From Eledone cirrhosa (Eukaryota): a stretch of 64,000 nucleotides of DNA. The DNA lies in contig OZ024745.1 in assembly GCA_964016885.1 (NCBI GenBank), positions 61,318,001-61,382,000 of the forward strand, written 5' to 3'. The translations under genes and the position numbers were made by a program. Of the stretch, positions 24,896-39,567 are shown piece after piece. The notes under the pieces were generated by a model, which did no database searches, was not told where the DNA came from, and saw nothing but the letters and a program-made list of their open reading frames with translations. The stretch's first letter is position 1. Every line of letters begins with the position of its first letter.

Positions 24896-25201
24896 CACTA
24901 TCTATATCAGCCTGTAGGTTGAGGAAAAGGAGGAGGAGAGGAAAGGAGTACAAACTCTTCGTACTCCTGGAGATGAGGGTTGCACATTTTCGGGGGTATG
25001 TGTTACCCATATGAACTGTCTCCCCCTATTGGGGAAAATCGACTAATTTTTTAAATTGCATTTGTGATAACATTTTACACGTTTTTATTGTATGTAAACT
25101 GCCCCCTTTGTATTTGTCCCCTTCTTTTGTGCCCCTGTGGCTAATAATGAAACATATCTATCTATCTCACTATCTATTTATTATATATGTACAATATATA
25201 A

Positions 25202-25341
<140 letters not shown>

Positions 25342-25810
25342 GACATGACGTAAAGTTTTCATAATCTCCCTCTCTCTCTATATAATATTTCTCTCTCTTG
25401 AGTTTTTCTATCTGTCTGTTGACTTAATATCTCTCTGTTGCTTTCCTCTGTTTTTCTTATTTCTTCCTTTTTTCTTCTTTCTTCCTTTCCTCCTGTCTTT
25501 ACTTATCTCTTTCTTTTTTCTCCATGCATCTCTCTCTCCGATATTTCTCCACGTTTTTTTCTCTCTCTCCGTCTTTTTCTAATTGTCCTTAACACTATGA
25601 CTTATTAAAGTAATATAAACAAATCACTATCCGGATGGCTTCCAAAAACAATGGTTGCATTTTAATAGGGTACGTCAAAGCTTATTTGTAAAACTGTTAT
25701 ATATTGTATTTTGTCTGATGAAGGCATACCATAATTTAATTTGGTATCCTTGAAATATGTATAATGAAATAAATATGGTTTTATAAATATAGTTTCCATT
25801 TATTAATATC

Positions 25811-25852
<42 letters not shown>

Positions 25853-25911
25853 CAAGGCTCTGATACCATCAACACTATAAACACAGAGCTGGCATATCTA
25901 AGAACTGACTA

Positions 25912-25967
25912 ACTGCCTGATGAGGTCATAGCCATTCAATAGCTATCATTGAAATATATATAGCAGT
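25912..25967 (+). ncRNA. Minimal type I hammerhead ribozyme (same family as 8115-8169) in short TA-embedded insert 25848-26012
   Basis: ACTGC-CTGATGA-ggtcATAGC..GCTATcatt-GAAA-TATATA-TA-GCAGT. Confidence 0.8.
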
Positions 25968-26008
25968 AAATAAAGGATTATGAGTTCATGCAATTGACTT
26001 ATGTTTCG

Positions 26009-26047
<39 letters not shown>

Positions 26048-26413
26048 CAGTTATATATGTATATATACAGAATAGAGATAAACGAGAATGCGTAAATGTG
26101 TATATAAATTTATACAATTTTTGTATATAGACATGTAAACATATCGCATATACGTATTTTTCATGGAAATTGAAAACCTGTTTATAATGATATCTATCAT
26201 ATTGTATGTATTATACACACATACATACATATATATATATATAACCATACTATACAATCCCAAGTATCGAGTAATCTGGTGAGTATTGGTCTTACTGAAT
26301 CCATATATATATATATATTAAAATTATAAGCTTTCACCGTATTTTTGACTAAAGAAATTTTTAGCCTGATAGTGGGGTTTAGAACCCTCAGAGAAATGGA
26401 AAAAGATGAGTAT

Positions 26414-26484
26414 TGACGTACATGGGAGTCGAACCCACATCTTTGGTTATCCAGACCGCTGTGCTACCATTACACCAACACATC
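26414..26484 (-). tRNA. tRNA-like sequence (nominal GGA anticodon, short variable loop) within fold-back 26321-26665; probably pseudo-tRNA or SINE head
   Basis: GATGTGT-TG-GTGT-AATGGTA-GCAC-A-GCGGT-CTGGATA-ACCAA-AGAT-GTGGG-TTCGACT-CCCAT-GTACGTC-A, then TTTTT 9 nt downstream; plus-strand copy ~26493-26588 has an internal duplication. Confidence 0.55.
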
Positions 26485-26715
26485 ACCCATGTGATGTGTT
26501 GGTGTAATGGTAGCACAGTAGTCTGGTGTAATGGTAGCACAATAGTCTGGATAACCAAAGATGTGGGTTCGACTCCCATGTACGTCAATACTCATCTTTT
26601 TCCATTTCTCTATCAGGCTAAAAATTTCTTTAGTAAAAAATACGGTGAATGCTTATATTTCTAATTTCAAACTCGCTCACTGTTTCAAAACATACATACT
26701 TAATATATATATATA

Positions 26716-27135
26716 TATATTAATTCAAAATATTAACAAAAATAGACATTCGTGTGATCAAGTATATTTTATTATACATATTTCAGAGGTAGTGAGCTAT
26801 CTTCAACAGTACGTCCTCATCAGATAAGATAAGATGATGCATGACATACCTTGACTAAGTAGATGGTTAAAATTCTGCCATGACTGAATTTTAACCATCT
26901 ACTTAGTCAAGGTATGCCATGGATCATCTTATTTTATCTGATGAGGACGTACTGTTGAAGATAGCTCACTACCTCTGAAATATGTATAATAAAATATACT
27001 TGATCACACGAATGTCTATTTTTGTTAATATTTTGAATTAATATTAATAACTGCGGAACACCATTCTGTGGAGTGCTTCTAATCTATTGTAAAACTTTAT
27101 TCTTTGATTTATTCATTGAACCTTGTTTAACCTTT
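26716..27135. mobile_element. Fold-back HHR element
   Basis: Arms ~26716-26876 / ~26886-27045, each with an HHR; TA flanks. Confidence 0.8.
26931..26995 (+). ncRNA. Type I hammerhead ribozyme (inverted copy 26766-26830 on -)
   Basis: ATTTTAT-CTGATGA-GGAcGTA...TACcTCT-GAAA-TATGTA-TA-ATAAAAT. Confidence 0.82.
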
Positions 27136-27699
27136 AAATATATATATATATATATATATATATTTACATATATATATGTGTGTGTGTGGGTGTAAATTAA
27201 ATTAGACAGTACAAACAAACAATTTCTGATTTAAGCCATCTGTTCTGAGCATAGATGTCCAAAGATACCACAGATATCAAAGGAAATCTGAGTGGTGGAA
27301 TGCATGAGGCTGAAATAAGTACAAGAATTACAGGAGCTGGTCCAGTAAAGCACCGGCTTCTATATTCGGTCATCAGAAGAAAGGAAAGTAGGTATAAAAA
27401 CCAAACTCACTCTCTTCAATTCGGTGTTCGTGCCAGCCTTACATATGGTAATGACTGTACATATTGTTGTTTTATGGTTGGATTTGTATGGTATAATATT
27501 TTGTCTGCATTCTTTTTAATCTACGCTGTTTTGTTTATTAGTATACGTATAGAATAATGTTTACATACTTTAGTTTTAGAAGGTCAATTATTTTTAATAA
27601 ATTTTAATTTGTTTTGATGTTGGATAATCTACAAGAGACGTCTATAGTTCGTTCTTTCTTCTTTTATAGGTGCAGCTGTTACACATTTACTAAACAGAG

Positions 27700-27894
27700 C
27701 AGACCTATCAATTTACCCCGTCCGATGGGGAGATCTCCCACCCACTTTGGGGTGGGTGAGAGATGTCTTCTCTTGTGAAAATGGGTATAGTTTTCATTAT
27801 GTAAAATCTCTCCATTTTGCCTCATTTCTCCCCGTTTTGGGGCACTTTTTTTCATGGAACTCCCCTTTTGGGTTTTTAGAGGTTGGCAGGTCTG
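27700..27894. mobile_element. Short MITE with CAGACCT...AGGTCTG terminal inverted repeats (hAT-like)
   Basis: cagacctatcaa ... gttggcaggtctg. Confidence 0.5.
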
Positions 27895-28477
27895 ATAAAG
27901 GGATGTATTAAATTACAGAGTAATGGGTGTTCGAGTGTGTGAAAGGTATACAAGGGAGCAACTGAAGTGGTGATCGTTGTATTAGTTCTCTGGCCCTATT
28001 TTCGGCTATTTTTGTGGGCATGATAAGCTTGTCTTTTGGTTTGAGGTAGCTTGGATGGGAACGACACGTAGTGCTGGGCCCAGGTATTAAATTTTCTATA
28101 TCAATTTTGAGTACTAATACCAAGATCTAGTTATTAATTTTTAATATTAATTTCAGTTCTATTTTTGTACAATTCAGTTTCCAATGCTAATGTAATTGTT
28201 AAGTCTGATATTAAGTTCTTGGTTTGAATGATGAATTTTAACGTGTATTGGGTAGTTGATTGTAGATTACAGTTATGAATGGGTCAATGACTGCAAATAT
28301 CATCGAGTTTTGACTTAATTTGTTTGTTAAGTAGTAATTCAGAATTTAATGGTTAATTCTAAATGTTATTTTCTTTAAAAATTTATGGAGTGATTAGCTC
28401 GGATTTACGGCCGAAAGGAAAAGGATGGAGTCGGGGAAGGAGTCGCAACACGTCACGTCTCAGATTAGCGATTTATG

Positions 28478-28546
<69 letters not shown>

Positions 28547-28685
28547 GTTATCGCTCTACATGGCTGAATACAATAAATGTAATCTGAGTTTTTCGAATAT
28601 TAATAATAATATTCGATTCGTTTGCAATCATGCAAACAGCCTCTTTTAACCCTTGATTCTTGATCTTGTGTTGGCATGTAAACAG

Positions 28686-28733
28686 AACTGCAGACATAAT
28701 GTTTCTGGGTGATTACCCTTTATCAGTGCAGTT
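28686..28733 (-). ncRNA. Type I hammerhead ribozyme, core G8->A (CTGATAA), probably inactive; in element ~28548-29440
   Basis: Minus strand: AACTGCA-CTGATAA-aGGGT-aatc-ACCCa-GAAAC-ATTAT-GTC-TGCAGTT. Confidence 0.72.
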
Positions 28734-29461
28734 TACTGTTCACCTGCCAACTGTCAGAGCTAGTGAAAATATACAAGGAAGGGGTATCGAAAATGTGGAT
28801 AGGGATAACGTCGTCTTTCCATGCTGGTATGAGTTAGATGATGGATGTGTATGGAGGAAGGATAAAGAGCGAGACATATATAGAGACCGGAGATTAAGGT
28901 CGGGGGAAGGGGGATAGAGTGTTGGGTGAGAGAAGGAAGGATATTAACATGCAGTGGCCTTAATATCGTTTCTTATCTCTGGTGGGTGTGCTGAAAGAGG
29001 TTGTGTAGTGGACGAGGCTGAAAGGACTGAAGACAATCCCTCATCTTCCTTTCCAAGTTACAAGTTTTGGAAAGGAAGATGAGGGTGGAGAGGGAAGGGC
29101 TTCCGCCACTACGTTTGTGAAAAGGTGGGTGAATGTGGGGAGAATGGTCCGTGTGAATAGGCCTACTCTGACCATGCGCCTGTAGGCTGTCTGGTTTGGA
29201 GAGAAGGGGTGCCCTCATAGGGTACTCTTGGAGTGTTGGGTGATTTGGGATTGATGGGGTTCCTAAGTCACTCCTGGGTGGTACTTTCCCCTTATTAGGG
29301 AATTTTATTGTTATTATGTTTTTCGTTATCTTTTTTTGCATTCGATTTCCATTCTAAATCTCCACTGTCCCTGTCTATTGTATTGTCTCCCATATGTCGG
29401 CCGGCCCTTGTGGCCAATAAAGAAATTATCCTTATTATTATTATTAATAGCAATAATGATA

Positions 29462-29492
<31 letters not shown>

Positions 29493-29526
29493 CACGCATA
29501 TATATATATGTGTGTGTATATATATG

Positions 29527-29563
<37 letters not shown>

Positions 29564-29654
29564 GTCTAAATAAGTATATAAATGCATATTTCTATATATC
29601 TATATATGTGTGCGCACACACACACACATATATATGTATATATAGATGTACACA

Positions 29655-29703
<49 letters not shown>

Positions 29704-29909
29704 TATATGAGTGTGTCTATACGCATATACTCACACATGTATACCTTCTCTTTTATCTATCTATTATACACCAACAGGCACATAACATATGTAAATACAT
29801 ATACATACTTATGTAGAACAGGAGAAAGAAATATTTTCAAGAAGCAAAAGATAAATGAAAGGCGCCAGTTTATTGGAGAGAATGCATGGTTAGTTATTCA
29901 TTGGATAAC

Positions 29910-29972
<63 letters not shown>

Positions 29973-30550
29973 TTAATAGTAATATTTATAATGATAATTA
30001 TTATTATTTCTGACAACAATAACGACAACAATAATAAAAAAAAAAGGATGCGAGGATGAGAAAGAAAAGGCGTAAAAATATCAATGGCTTCTTGTAAGTG
30101 AAGTGTTATTTTCTAGATTCCATATTAAGTTAACATAACTAAGGCAGATGAAAAGGAGAAAGACCATCGGCATATATGTTTGTTATTAGAATTACATGGA
30201 CAGATACAGTGATACCTCTTTTGTATAATGGAACCGTTGAATACTGTAGCTAATGAACTTAGAAAGAAGGCTATATATATTAAAAAAATGATTTTTTTTC
30301 TGAATATTGTTTTTTTTTAGTATTACAAACTGTTTTTTTTTGTCGGGGTGTGGTGGGTGGTGGACTATGTCAGCAAAAACCCGTAAAACGTCGGTCTAAA
30401 TAATGCCTCATCAATATTCATTCTTTTCTTTTCGTTTCTGTGTTCAAATCCTGCTGGAAAAGATAATATTATTAGGGTCTGTTTAGATGAGTTTAATTCA
30501 CTACCTGCTACAGTAATCGGTTTTCTAGCCGACGAGAAAGTCTCTACGCC

Positions 30551-30712
30551 AGTCATGGGCAAACTATGGTCCGCGAATCCTATGCGGCCGATTTAACTTT
30601 CTGTATGGCACACTTAATTTCAAAATTGCCTTGAATTTTTTAGTAGTGTGGCCTGCTTTAAGATGAGCCACATCCTATGCAGCCCACTGTTCGGAAAATA
30701 TTGCCCAAGTTT
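30551..30712. mobile_element. Degenerate hAT-like MITE
   Basis: cagtcatgggcaaact...attgcccaag ends; ggtccgcg and gcggcc subterminal motifs. Confidence 0.5.
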
Positions 30713-31190
30713 TCTTCTCTATGCGGTTGCTTGACTTGCAAGAAATTTCCTATCGCCTTAAATAAGAAAGAACGCACTCGATCATGGTTCTGTTCATTCA
30801 AATCTGACTTGGTACTAAAGAACAACAAGTACAGTTAGTAGCGAAACTACCAGCTTTATGAGCTACGTTATATTACAGTCACTCATCTGACTGAATCACC
30901 TTTCAACCTACGTATACGTGTATACGTATTCGCTCTATCTGTAGTTATGTATTTTCTGAGAGATTTTCCAATGCCGATTTGTTCACGTGGTGCAACATCG
31001 GTAGGATTGAGTCAGACTGTTAGTCTCTGAGGATAGATGACAAAATGGACGTGTAATTTCGAGGTTAATAGTATCGAGTTGCATAACTACTATTGATTGG
31101 TCCTCACATCAATAATTTGTTTTCCTTTTTTATAAGTTTGTCCATGTTTATGTGTGTTTCTCTATGTGTTTGTGTGCATGCAAATGAAAG

Positions 31191-31229
<39 letters not shown>

Positions 31230-31261
31230 TTTCATTTGCATGTATTCAATATATATTCATT

Positions 31262-31336
<75 letters not shown>

Positions 31337-31446
31337 ATGTGTGTGTATATATATATATAAATCAAAATGGATGCAGCAAAAACCTGTTAGACCATTACTC
31401 ACTAGAGTACTCGATACTTGGGGTAGTAGAGTGGGGGTAATATGAA

Positions 31447-31701
<255 letters not shown>

Positions 31702-31877
31702 GATAGATAGATACATAGATAGATATAGGAGCCGAGAAGTTGTGATTGCTCCTTGTATCATATTAAGCAATGTATGTGTTATACAAAATCTATGTAACAA
31801 TATAAAACGGACACATTTAATATATTAAAAGTTCAAGAAGTGATAGAAGTAGAGCGAAACAAATTCATGAGTAAACA

Positions 31878-31995
31878 AGAAGAAGAAGAAGAAAAAGAAG
31901 AAAAAGAAGAAAAAGAAGAAAAAGAAGAAAAAGAAGAAAAAGAAGAAAAAGAAGAAAAAGAAGAAAAAGAAGAAAAAGAAGAAAAAGAAGAAGAA
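31878..31995. repeat. (GAAGAAAAA)n simple repeat
   Basis: Direct inspection. Confidence 0.9.
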
Positions 31996-32325
31996 ATTTC
32001 TTTTTAGTTCCTCTTTTCGCATAGAAAAAGAAGTTAGAATGTATAAGCACTCGACTCGTACTCACTATCATTCTACAACGCGTAGCACTGCGGTTAGTGC
32101 TTCGTTGGCATCGGCAGTGGATTGGCAATAATCGGTAGAGCGTTGGAAACAATGCTTGGCGGCAAAGCGTTACGTCCTTTTACGTTTTGAGTTCAATTTT
32201 CACTGAGGTTAAAATATTGTACCAGTAACGCATTGGAATCAATTTAATCAATTTTCCCATCTCCCAAACTTGTTGGACTTGTGCCTCTATCAGAAACCAT
32301 TATAGATCTGCTCGATAATATCCCC

Positions 32326-32700
32326 CTTCTTCTTCTTCTTCTTCTTCTTCTTCTTCTTCTTCTTCTTCTTCTTCTTCTTCTTCTTCTTCTTCTTCTTCTT
32401 CTTCTTCTTCTTCTTCTTCGTGGGAGGGTCGTGGGAGTAGAGCCCTCAAACACGCCTTCCAGTGGGTCCTGTCAGAAGCAACTTTCTCCAATTGATCTGG
32501 CTGGACGCCCAAGAGAGAGCAGTCGATCTCATGGATATTATTCAACCATCTTGCTCGAGGGTCTACCCTTGGGTCTCCTGCCGGTTGGTTTTGCCCTTAA
32601 AATCTGTTCAGCGATTCGTTCCTGAGACATTCTAACCACATGCCCGTAATATCATAGCTGTGATATCTCAATTCGAAGAAGTAGCAGTTGTACCTGGAGG
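32326..32700 (-). pseudogene. 3' end of RTE-like LINE with (GAA)n tail
   Basis: Minus-strand YYGHVVRMSQERIAEQILRAKPTGRRPKGRP..VASDRTHWKACL, then a (GAA)n tract. Confidence 0.75.
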
Positions 32701-34390
32701 AAATTTCTGATCTCTGATCAACAACAAAGAAATTAACTAACTAAAAAGATTTACTTCCTCAAATTATCCTGTTTAACCGAATTGACTTTATGGAATGAAA
32801 TTGGTGGTAGACAAACATTCTCACTGACTGGTTGGCAGTCTATGGCAGGTAACATTTCCAAAAACTTTGTTACACAACACCACAGCTATCTTTGAATATA
32901 ACTAAATGTAAGCAGCTGATTTGAACTCAAGTCATACTTTCACCTCGACTCTATCGTCTACACTATACTATAATTGAAAGCCAGTTGAAATAAAATGATT
33001 GTAGTGTTTGTTACGAAACAGCACAACACGAATAACGTCACACGATCTGTATAACTCGGTCTGAAATTCTCTTCTAAATATGGTAGATTTAGTGAATAGC
33101 AATCTATTATGACATAGGAGCTTACCTGGAGATATTTTCCATAAGTGTGTTTAAAGTTAGATAGTCTATCGTAACGCCAACAACCTCCCTAAGCTATATT
33201 TATACTAAGATATAAAATATCACTTCAAATTAACAAAACATTCAAGTAATCGATGTAATTCTTTACCATATCTATAGGACCAATTTACAATACTCAAACT
33301 TCACCCTTGACAGATATGCTAGTAACACAGAATAGCGTAGTTTAAGAGAATACAAACCACCGGCAGCTGCATTGCTAGTTCGACCACCCTAGAGATTTAG
33401 GCTTCTTTCGGCTACCTTCGGCTACCTCACAAATGAAAATGTCCCAGTAACATGGGTGGTTGAATCAGTAGTGATGGCTTAAAAAAACCTAGCAGTGTTT
33501 ATTCTTCGGCAGACTTGGAATTAGACTTGCACCAGGTGTTCATTAGAAACTACTATCGCAAGTTGTTGTTTATTTCCATGTCGGCCACAGACGTGCAGAT
33601 CTAGAGTTCAAGACTTTCGGCTGTTATCATTCTGTCTTTTTTTCTTGAATACATCAGCCAATGTATCTATCATGTTTGAGGGAATGAGTAGGAAATGATT
33701 CGAGAGAAATTTGACCGCTATTTCATAGAGGTTGAACGACCATATATAGGTTCTTTCGTTTTCTCGCTACATGCAACCGGGGAAAAAAATATCATAGACT
33801 AAGCTCATTAGAAGCTTACTGCCAGTTCACCGTGATAGTAATCTCTAAATATTGATAACATTAATTCCAGCCGATTATTTCTTCCAGTGTGGTCTCACGT
33901 CTATACACAGTATCCTCTATATTATAATTACTCGTACATACTATAAGTTGTATACATCTAATATGGTTGTTTTAATTTCTTTATCTTCGACGAGTTCTTA
34001 TTTTAGTGTAGAGATTCTATTCAGGCGTCCATCACTGGCTGATAAGTGGTTATCAGAAGTTAGGAGCCGAAGGTAACACGGTATCTTTATGGAATTTTAA
34101 TACGTAAATATATTTGTATACGGAAAGCTATGTATGGACAAGTGTATGTGTGCATGTGCATCGTTATATATGATTATGGGTGGAGAGAAAGTGAGAGAGA
34201 AAGGGAGGGAGACTGATCGGCTGCATATTAAAATCACATATATATACATATCTTAAATCAGGTATATATACTGTATATATATATGTATGTGTGTATGTGT
34301 GTAATCAAATAAAAAGGTTCCTTATGATATCAACAAAAGAGAGTGATTATTGTACTCATCTATACTCTAACATAAGCGCTGGCCCACACA

Positions 34391-34514
<124 letters not shown>

Positions 34515-34796
34515 TACGTGTATATTGTAGAAATTATGTGGAAGGAGCATTAGTTTAGAGGCTGTAAATTATAAAATTTCTTGACAGGAAATTAATGAAG
34601 CTGGTTTGATTACATCTTTATCAACGCTAGTTACCTGAAGACATTTAGATCTTCTAACCATCTTGAATAGAATGTCCATGTATACGTTGTTGTTGTGGTT
34701 TTCGCAACTAACTTCCACTACACATTGTGTTGAAGTGGCTAAATATATACGGTTATAATATAGTAGTGTATGGAGTAGGAGAGGAAAGAAAGGCTC

Positions 34797-34848
<52 letters not shown>

Positions 34849-35419
34849 TAGAACGGGGGTAAAACTGAAAAAGACACAAAGAAGAAGATGCAAAATTAAA
34901 GTAAGAAGACGAAGACAAAGAAGAAGAAGAAGAAGAAGAAGAAGAAGAAAAAGAAGCAACGAAGAAGTATAAGAAGAAAGAAATTAGAAGAGTAAAAAGA
35001 AAAAAGAAAAAAGTAAGAAGAAACGAAAGAAAAAACAAGAAGGAAAAGAAGAGCAAGAAAACGAAATAAAGAAGAGGAAGAAAAATATTACTAGATCCAG
35101 AAAATGGGGGAAAGTATTAGTATTGGTAGAAGTAATATGAAAGTGTTTGACTTAGGTTGTGGGTTCGATTCCCTGGATGAGACACACTGTGTCTTCGAGC
35201 AACATACTTCATGTGACTGCTGAAAAAAATGACTATTACCATCAACTGGAAGTTAAACTTGCGACGGACTGGTGTCTCGCACTGTCAGTTACTTCAGCCT
35301 CACCAACTTCTAGGCTAAACACATTTAACTTTTTAAGTAAAAGTAATACACATATTGAAAATAAGCGGAAGGAGAGAAGAGCCGTGGTCACTGACACGAC
35401 GTAAACATATGATGATAAT

Positions 35420-35880
35420 AATGGTTTTTGATTTAGGCACAAGGCCAGCAATTTTGGGGAGGGGAAATTCGATTAAATCGACCCCTGTTCGTGACTGGTA
35501 CTTTATTTTATCGACCCCGTAAGGATGAAAGGCAAAGCTAACCGCTTTGGGATTTGAACTTAGAATATAAAGGGACATAACTCTATGCTCCGAAATATGT
35601 CCGACTCTTTACCCATGCTGCCAATCCACTGCCCTAATAAGGATAATAATAATTGTTTCTGATTTAGGCACACAGCCAATGATTTTGGGGGTGGGGAAAG
35701 TCGATTAAATCGACCCCTGTTCGTGACTGGTACTTTATTTTATCGACCTCGTAAGGATGAAAGGCAAAGCTAACCTCGGTGAGATTTGATTTCAGAACAT
35801 AAAGGGCCGTAACTCAATGCCCCAAAGCATGTTGTTCGACGCTCTAACGATACTGCTAATCCACCACCCTCACCGCCCTA
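35420..35880 (-). mobile_element. Two tandem SINE copies
   Basis: Same core as 3055-3240. Confidence 0.85.
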
Positions 35881-36097
35881 ATAATGATGATAACAATAAA
35901 TTGATTGTTTAATTAGCTAAAAAGTGGGTTTACATAAAATAGAATAAATGTCAAAAATATGGAAGTCACAATATATTTGGTGCTGAATATACGAAATTAT
36001 AGAAAAACGAGTATAGAAGTAAAGATGTTATACAACGTGCAGGTTGGATAGTTTGATAACAGATATAAAATGTATAAAATTATACCAACAAAATATA

Positions 36098-36285
36098 ATT
36101 GTTTCTACTTTTGGCACAAGGCCAGCAATTATCCCAGTGCATTACTGGTACTCTATTTTATCGACCCCGTAAGGATGAAAGGCAAAGTTAACCTCGGCGG
36201 GATTTGAAGTTAGACGATAAAGGGCCGTAACTCTTTGCTGCAAAGCATGACGTCAGACCCTCTGCCGATACTGCCAATCCACCAC
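36098..36285 (-). mobile_element. SINE copy
   Basis: Same core as 3055-3240. Confidence 0.85.
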
Positions 36286-36287
36286 CG

Positions 36288-36438
36288 TTGGTGGACCCTC
36301 ATTTGTATGTGGTTGGGTCAACTCTAAATGATTTTTAACTTATTTATTGCCATTACATACAAACAAAATATAATGGCAATAAATAAGTTAAAAATCATTT
36401 AGAGTTGACTCAACCACAGACGAATGAGGGTCCACCAG
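36288..36438. repeat. Fold-back hairpin (MITE-like)
   Basis: tggtggaccctcatt...ttgccatta / taatggcaa...atgagggtccacca. Confidence 0.8.
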
Positions 36439-37697
36439 CTCGTTTGAGTCAGAGTACTCTATGACTCCGATTCTGCTTTTCCGCCATTGCTCGCACTGTG
36501 TTCTGGTGTATCCAAAGGTGTTTACATCTTTTGGGTTGGACAATGTAGAAGAATTTAAAAGTATTTTGTGAGATGTTCTTTTATATATTCATAGCAAGCT
36601 GCTGAGTATTTTACTCTTAATCTACCATCCGACATTTTGAACATACTTTCTTGTGCTAAGACGTTTTATGAAGATTTCTCCTCGAAGCCCACAATTGGAT
36701 CTGATTGCAGAACTCAAAAAGACAGTACAAATTCCACCAATCTACTGCCCTGGACTGGTACTTTATTGTATCTATCTGGAATGGCTGAAAGGCAAAGCTG
36801 ACTTTGACAGGATTTAAACTCAGAGTACAGAGAACTGGAACAAATTTCACCAGGCATTTTGCCTTATTCTCAAACGATCCTTCCAATTTACAACCGGTGT
36901 TGAAGATATTGTTTTTATTTAACCCTAACTCAGCTCTAATAGACCAGACTCCGATAATGAAAGACATTCCAGTCATGATCATTTCACTTTTTATTCAGAA
37001 AATGTATCTCAGACTACGTTACTTGACAGTTTTAGGTTATAATTTGAAGATTTGACTGCTATTTCTAGCGCATCGAGTGACCAGATAGAGGCGCGCAGTG
37101 TTTATAGTGGTAATTGAGGTGAAGTTGGTGTTCTGTTTAACTTAATTATATTTTAGGTTGTTTCTTTTTTTAAAAGAAAGGATGATGTATTTTGAAGGAG
37201 ACGTAGTTGCTGTTTCTAGCAGGTTGAGTGATCATATAGAGGCTTTGTTAGTGGTTCGCTCGTGGTGCTGATATAATTATGTTCGTGCAGTTGGTATATG
37301 TATGATGCTGGTCATCGTTTGGATGTTTGTTGGTCATGCTATTGTTGTTGTAGGTTTTGATATTAGTAATACTGTTGTTATTGCAGAACGGTAATATTAT
37401 TGATGTTAATGTTGGTATTAGTGTCCTTTCAGCAGCAACACGACAACATTAAGTCTATTATTCCACGAATATTAGTCATCGAGTGTTGATGAATGACAAT
37501 TCTATAAGAGCTGCTTTCTTATCTTAGCCAAAGGACATTGAGTATAACGTAGCAACTAGTTAGTTCTCTATGATTGTCATTAATAGCAATAGAATTAGAT
37601 AAGATGAACATAGCTGGAGGCTAGTCACGGACAGTAGATATAGTTTCATTATCATTGTATAAAAATATTATTATTATTGTTGTCATTGTTGTTGTTA

Positions 37698-37742
<45 letters not shown>

Positions 37743-37768
37743 GTAGTAGTAGTAGAAGAAGAAGAAGA

Positions 37769-37815
<47 letters not shown>

Positions 37816-37849
37816 AAGAAGAAGTAGTAGTAGTAGTAGTAGTAGTAGC

Positions 37850-37888
<39 letters not shown>

Positions 37889-39208
37889 TGTTGTAGTAGT
37901 TGTAGATGGTATTAATAAGATCCTGACAATAATGGTGGCAAAGAAGGTGGTGTGTGGGACGGGCTACAAACTTGCGTGAAAATAGCGAGGTTTCCTATCT
38001 TCTCCCCGGCCCTGTGAATCCAAACGTTTTAAACACAAAATTCTAGCACTTTTAAGAGAAAATAGGGATTAGCCTGAGAACCACACGATCACTGTATAGT
38101 TGTCAACGAAGCAAACAACACAGGCTCAAGTTGTGTTCATCAGTTTTCACCAAAGACACCCACTAGTTTTGATCAACTTTATGCTAGAAATCCAAGTGGT
38201 TCCGTCAGCCTTATACCAGAGGATTCGAAGAATTGGCAGAGCCGTCAGAGCATAGGACAAACTTCTCTACGGAATTTGTTGTAGGTCTTTGCAATCTGAG
38301 TTCATATCCCACCGAGTTCAACTTTGCCTTTCAATTCTTTGGGGTATATACATTAAAGTACCAGTCCTTGGTGCTGGATTGGCAGAATATTAGAGCCTCG
38401 GACGAGACGCTCTGTAGTATTTGTTCTGGCTCTTTGCGTTCTGTGGTTTTGGTTGGTAGATTTAACCAGTCAATTGTTTTAACAGCCCACTTAGTGTTTG
38501 GATGCCTTTAATGGAGCTCACTCTATATCAAGCACACGTTCCAGGTTTCCAGTTTGAATATAACTTCTTCTCTTTCTTCTACCAGTGTCGGAGGCCTTCG
38601 AAAAACAAAGAACCGCGAGCATTATTTTTCCCCTAACTGAAAACCATATAATAATAAAAATCAAAATCCAGGTAGCTTTGAACAATTCACATGGGAGACA
38701 AAGATTATTTTGATCAGCTTTTCACCAGGATTCATAAAACTTTTATAAACCCAACCACCCCCAAGAGATCCTGAAAATGTTAGTCAATTTAACCATTGGA
38801 TCTCATCGCTCGTTCTAAATATAGATCGGGTTAAACGGCTGTTGTGTAATGCTGAGCTGATCCTACGTTAAACAGACTACACATGTCGCTTACCACATGG
38901 TTTATATGAGTCTAGGTGAAATGGATGGATCCTTCATCAGTTTCGATCATGCACATTCAGCTGATCGGTGAATTATTCCACAGACACGTGTATCCTTAAC
39001 GTACTTTTCAGGCAGAATCAGCATGACACAATGCCATGGAGAGGAAGTTAGAGATGATGACAACGTCGATAGTTTTGATGTTAAAGATGATGATGATATA
39101 GATGACGACGTGAATGAGACGATGTTAGCGATGATGGTGACGTTAGTAGTTTTGATGTTAACGATGATGATGTTAAAGATGACGTAAATGAGACGAAGTT
39201 AGCGATGA

Positions 39209-39345
39209 CTAGTAGAATGGCCCGGCGTTGCTCGGTATTTGCTATATATTTATCCTTATCGAGCCTCGTGAAATAAATACGTTTGTTTATATTTTGTTAG
39301 TGTGTATGCAAAAATATCTGTACACGAATATATAATTATATACAC

Positions 39346-39409
<64 letters not shown>

Positions 39410-39520
39410 CAGATTAAAGTTTAAGCAAATAATCGCTGCTTTCACCCTTAACGGGATCTTCTGAAACTAAAAAAATCAATCTGTGAACGCAGAAGTAAAT
39501 ATTTCGAAAAACGTTACACA

Positions 39521-39567
<47 letters not shown>

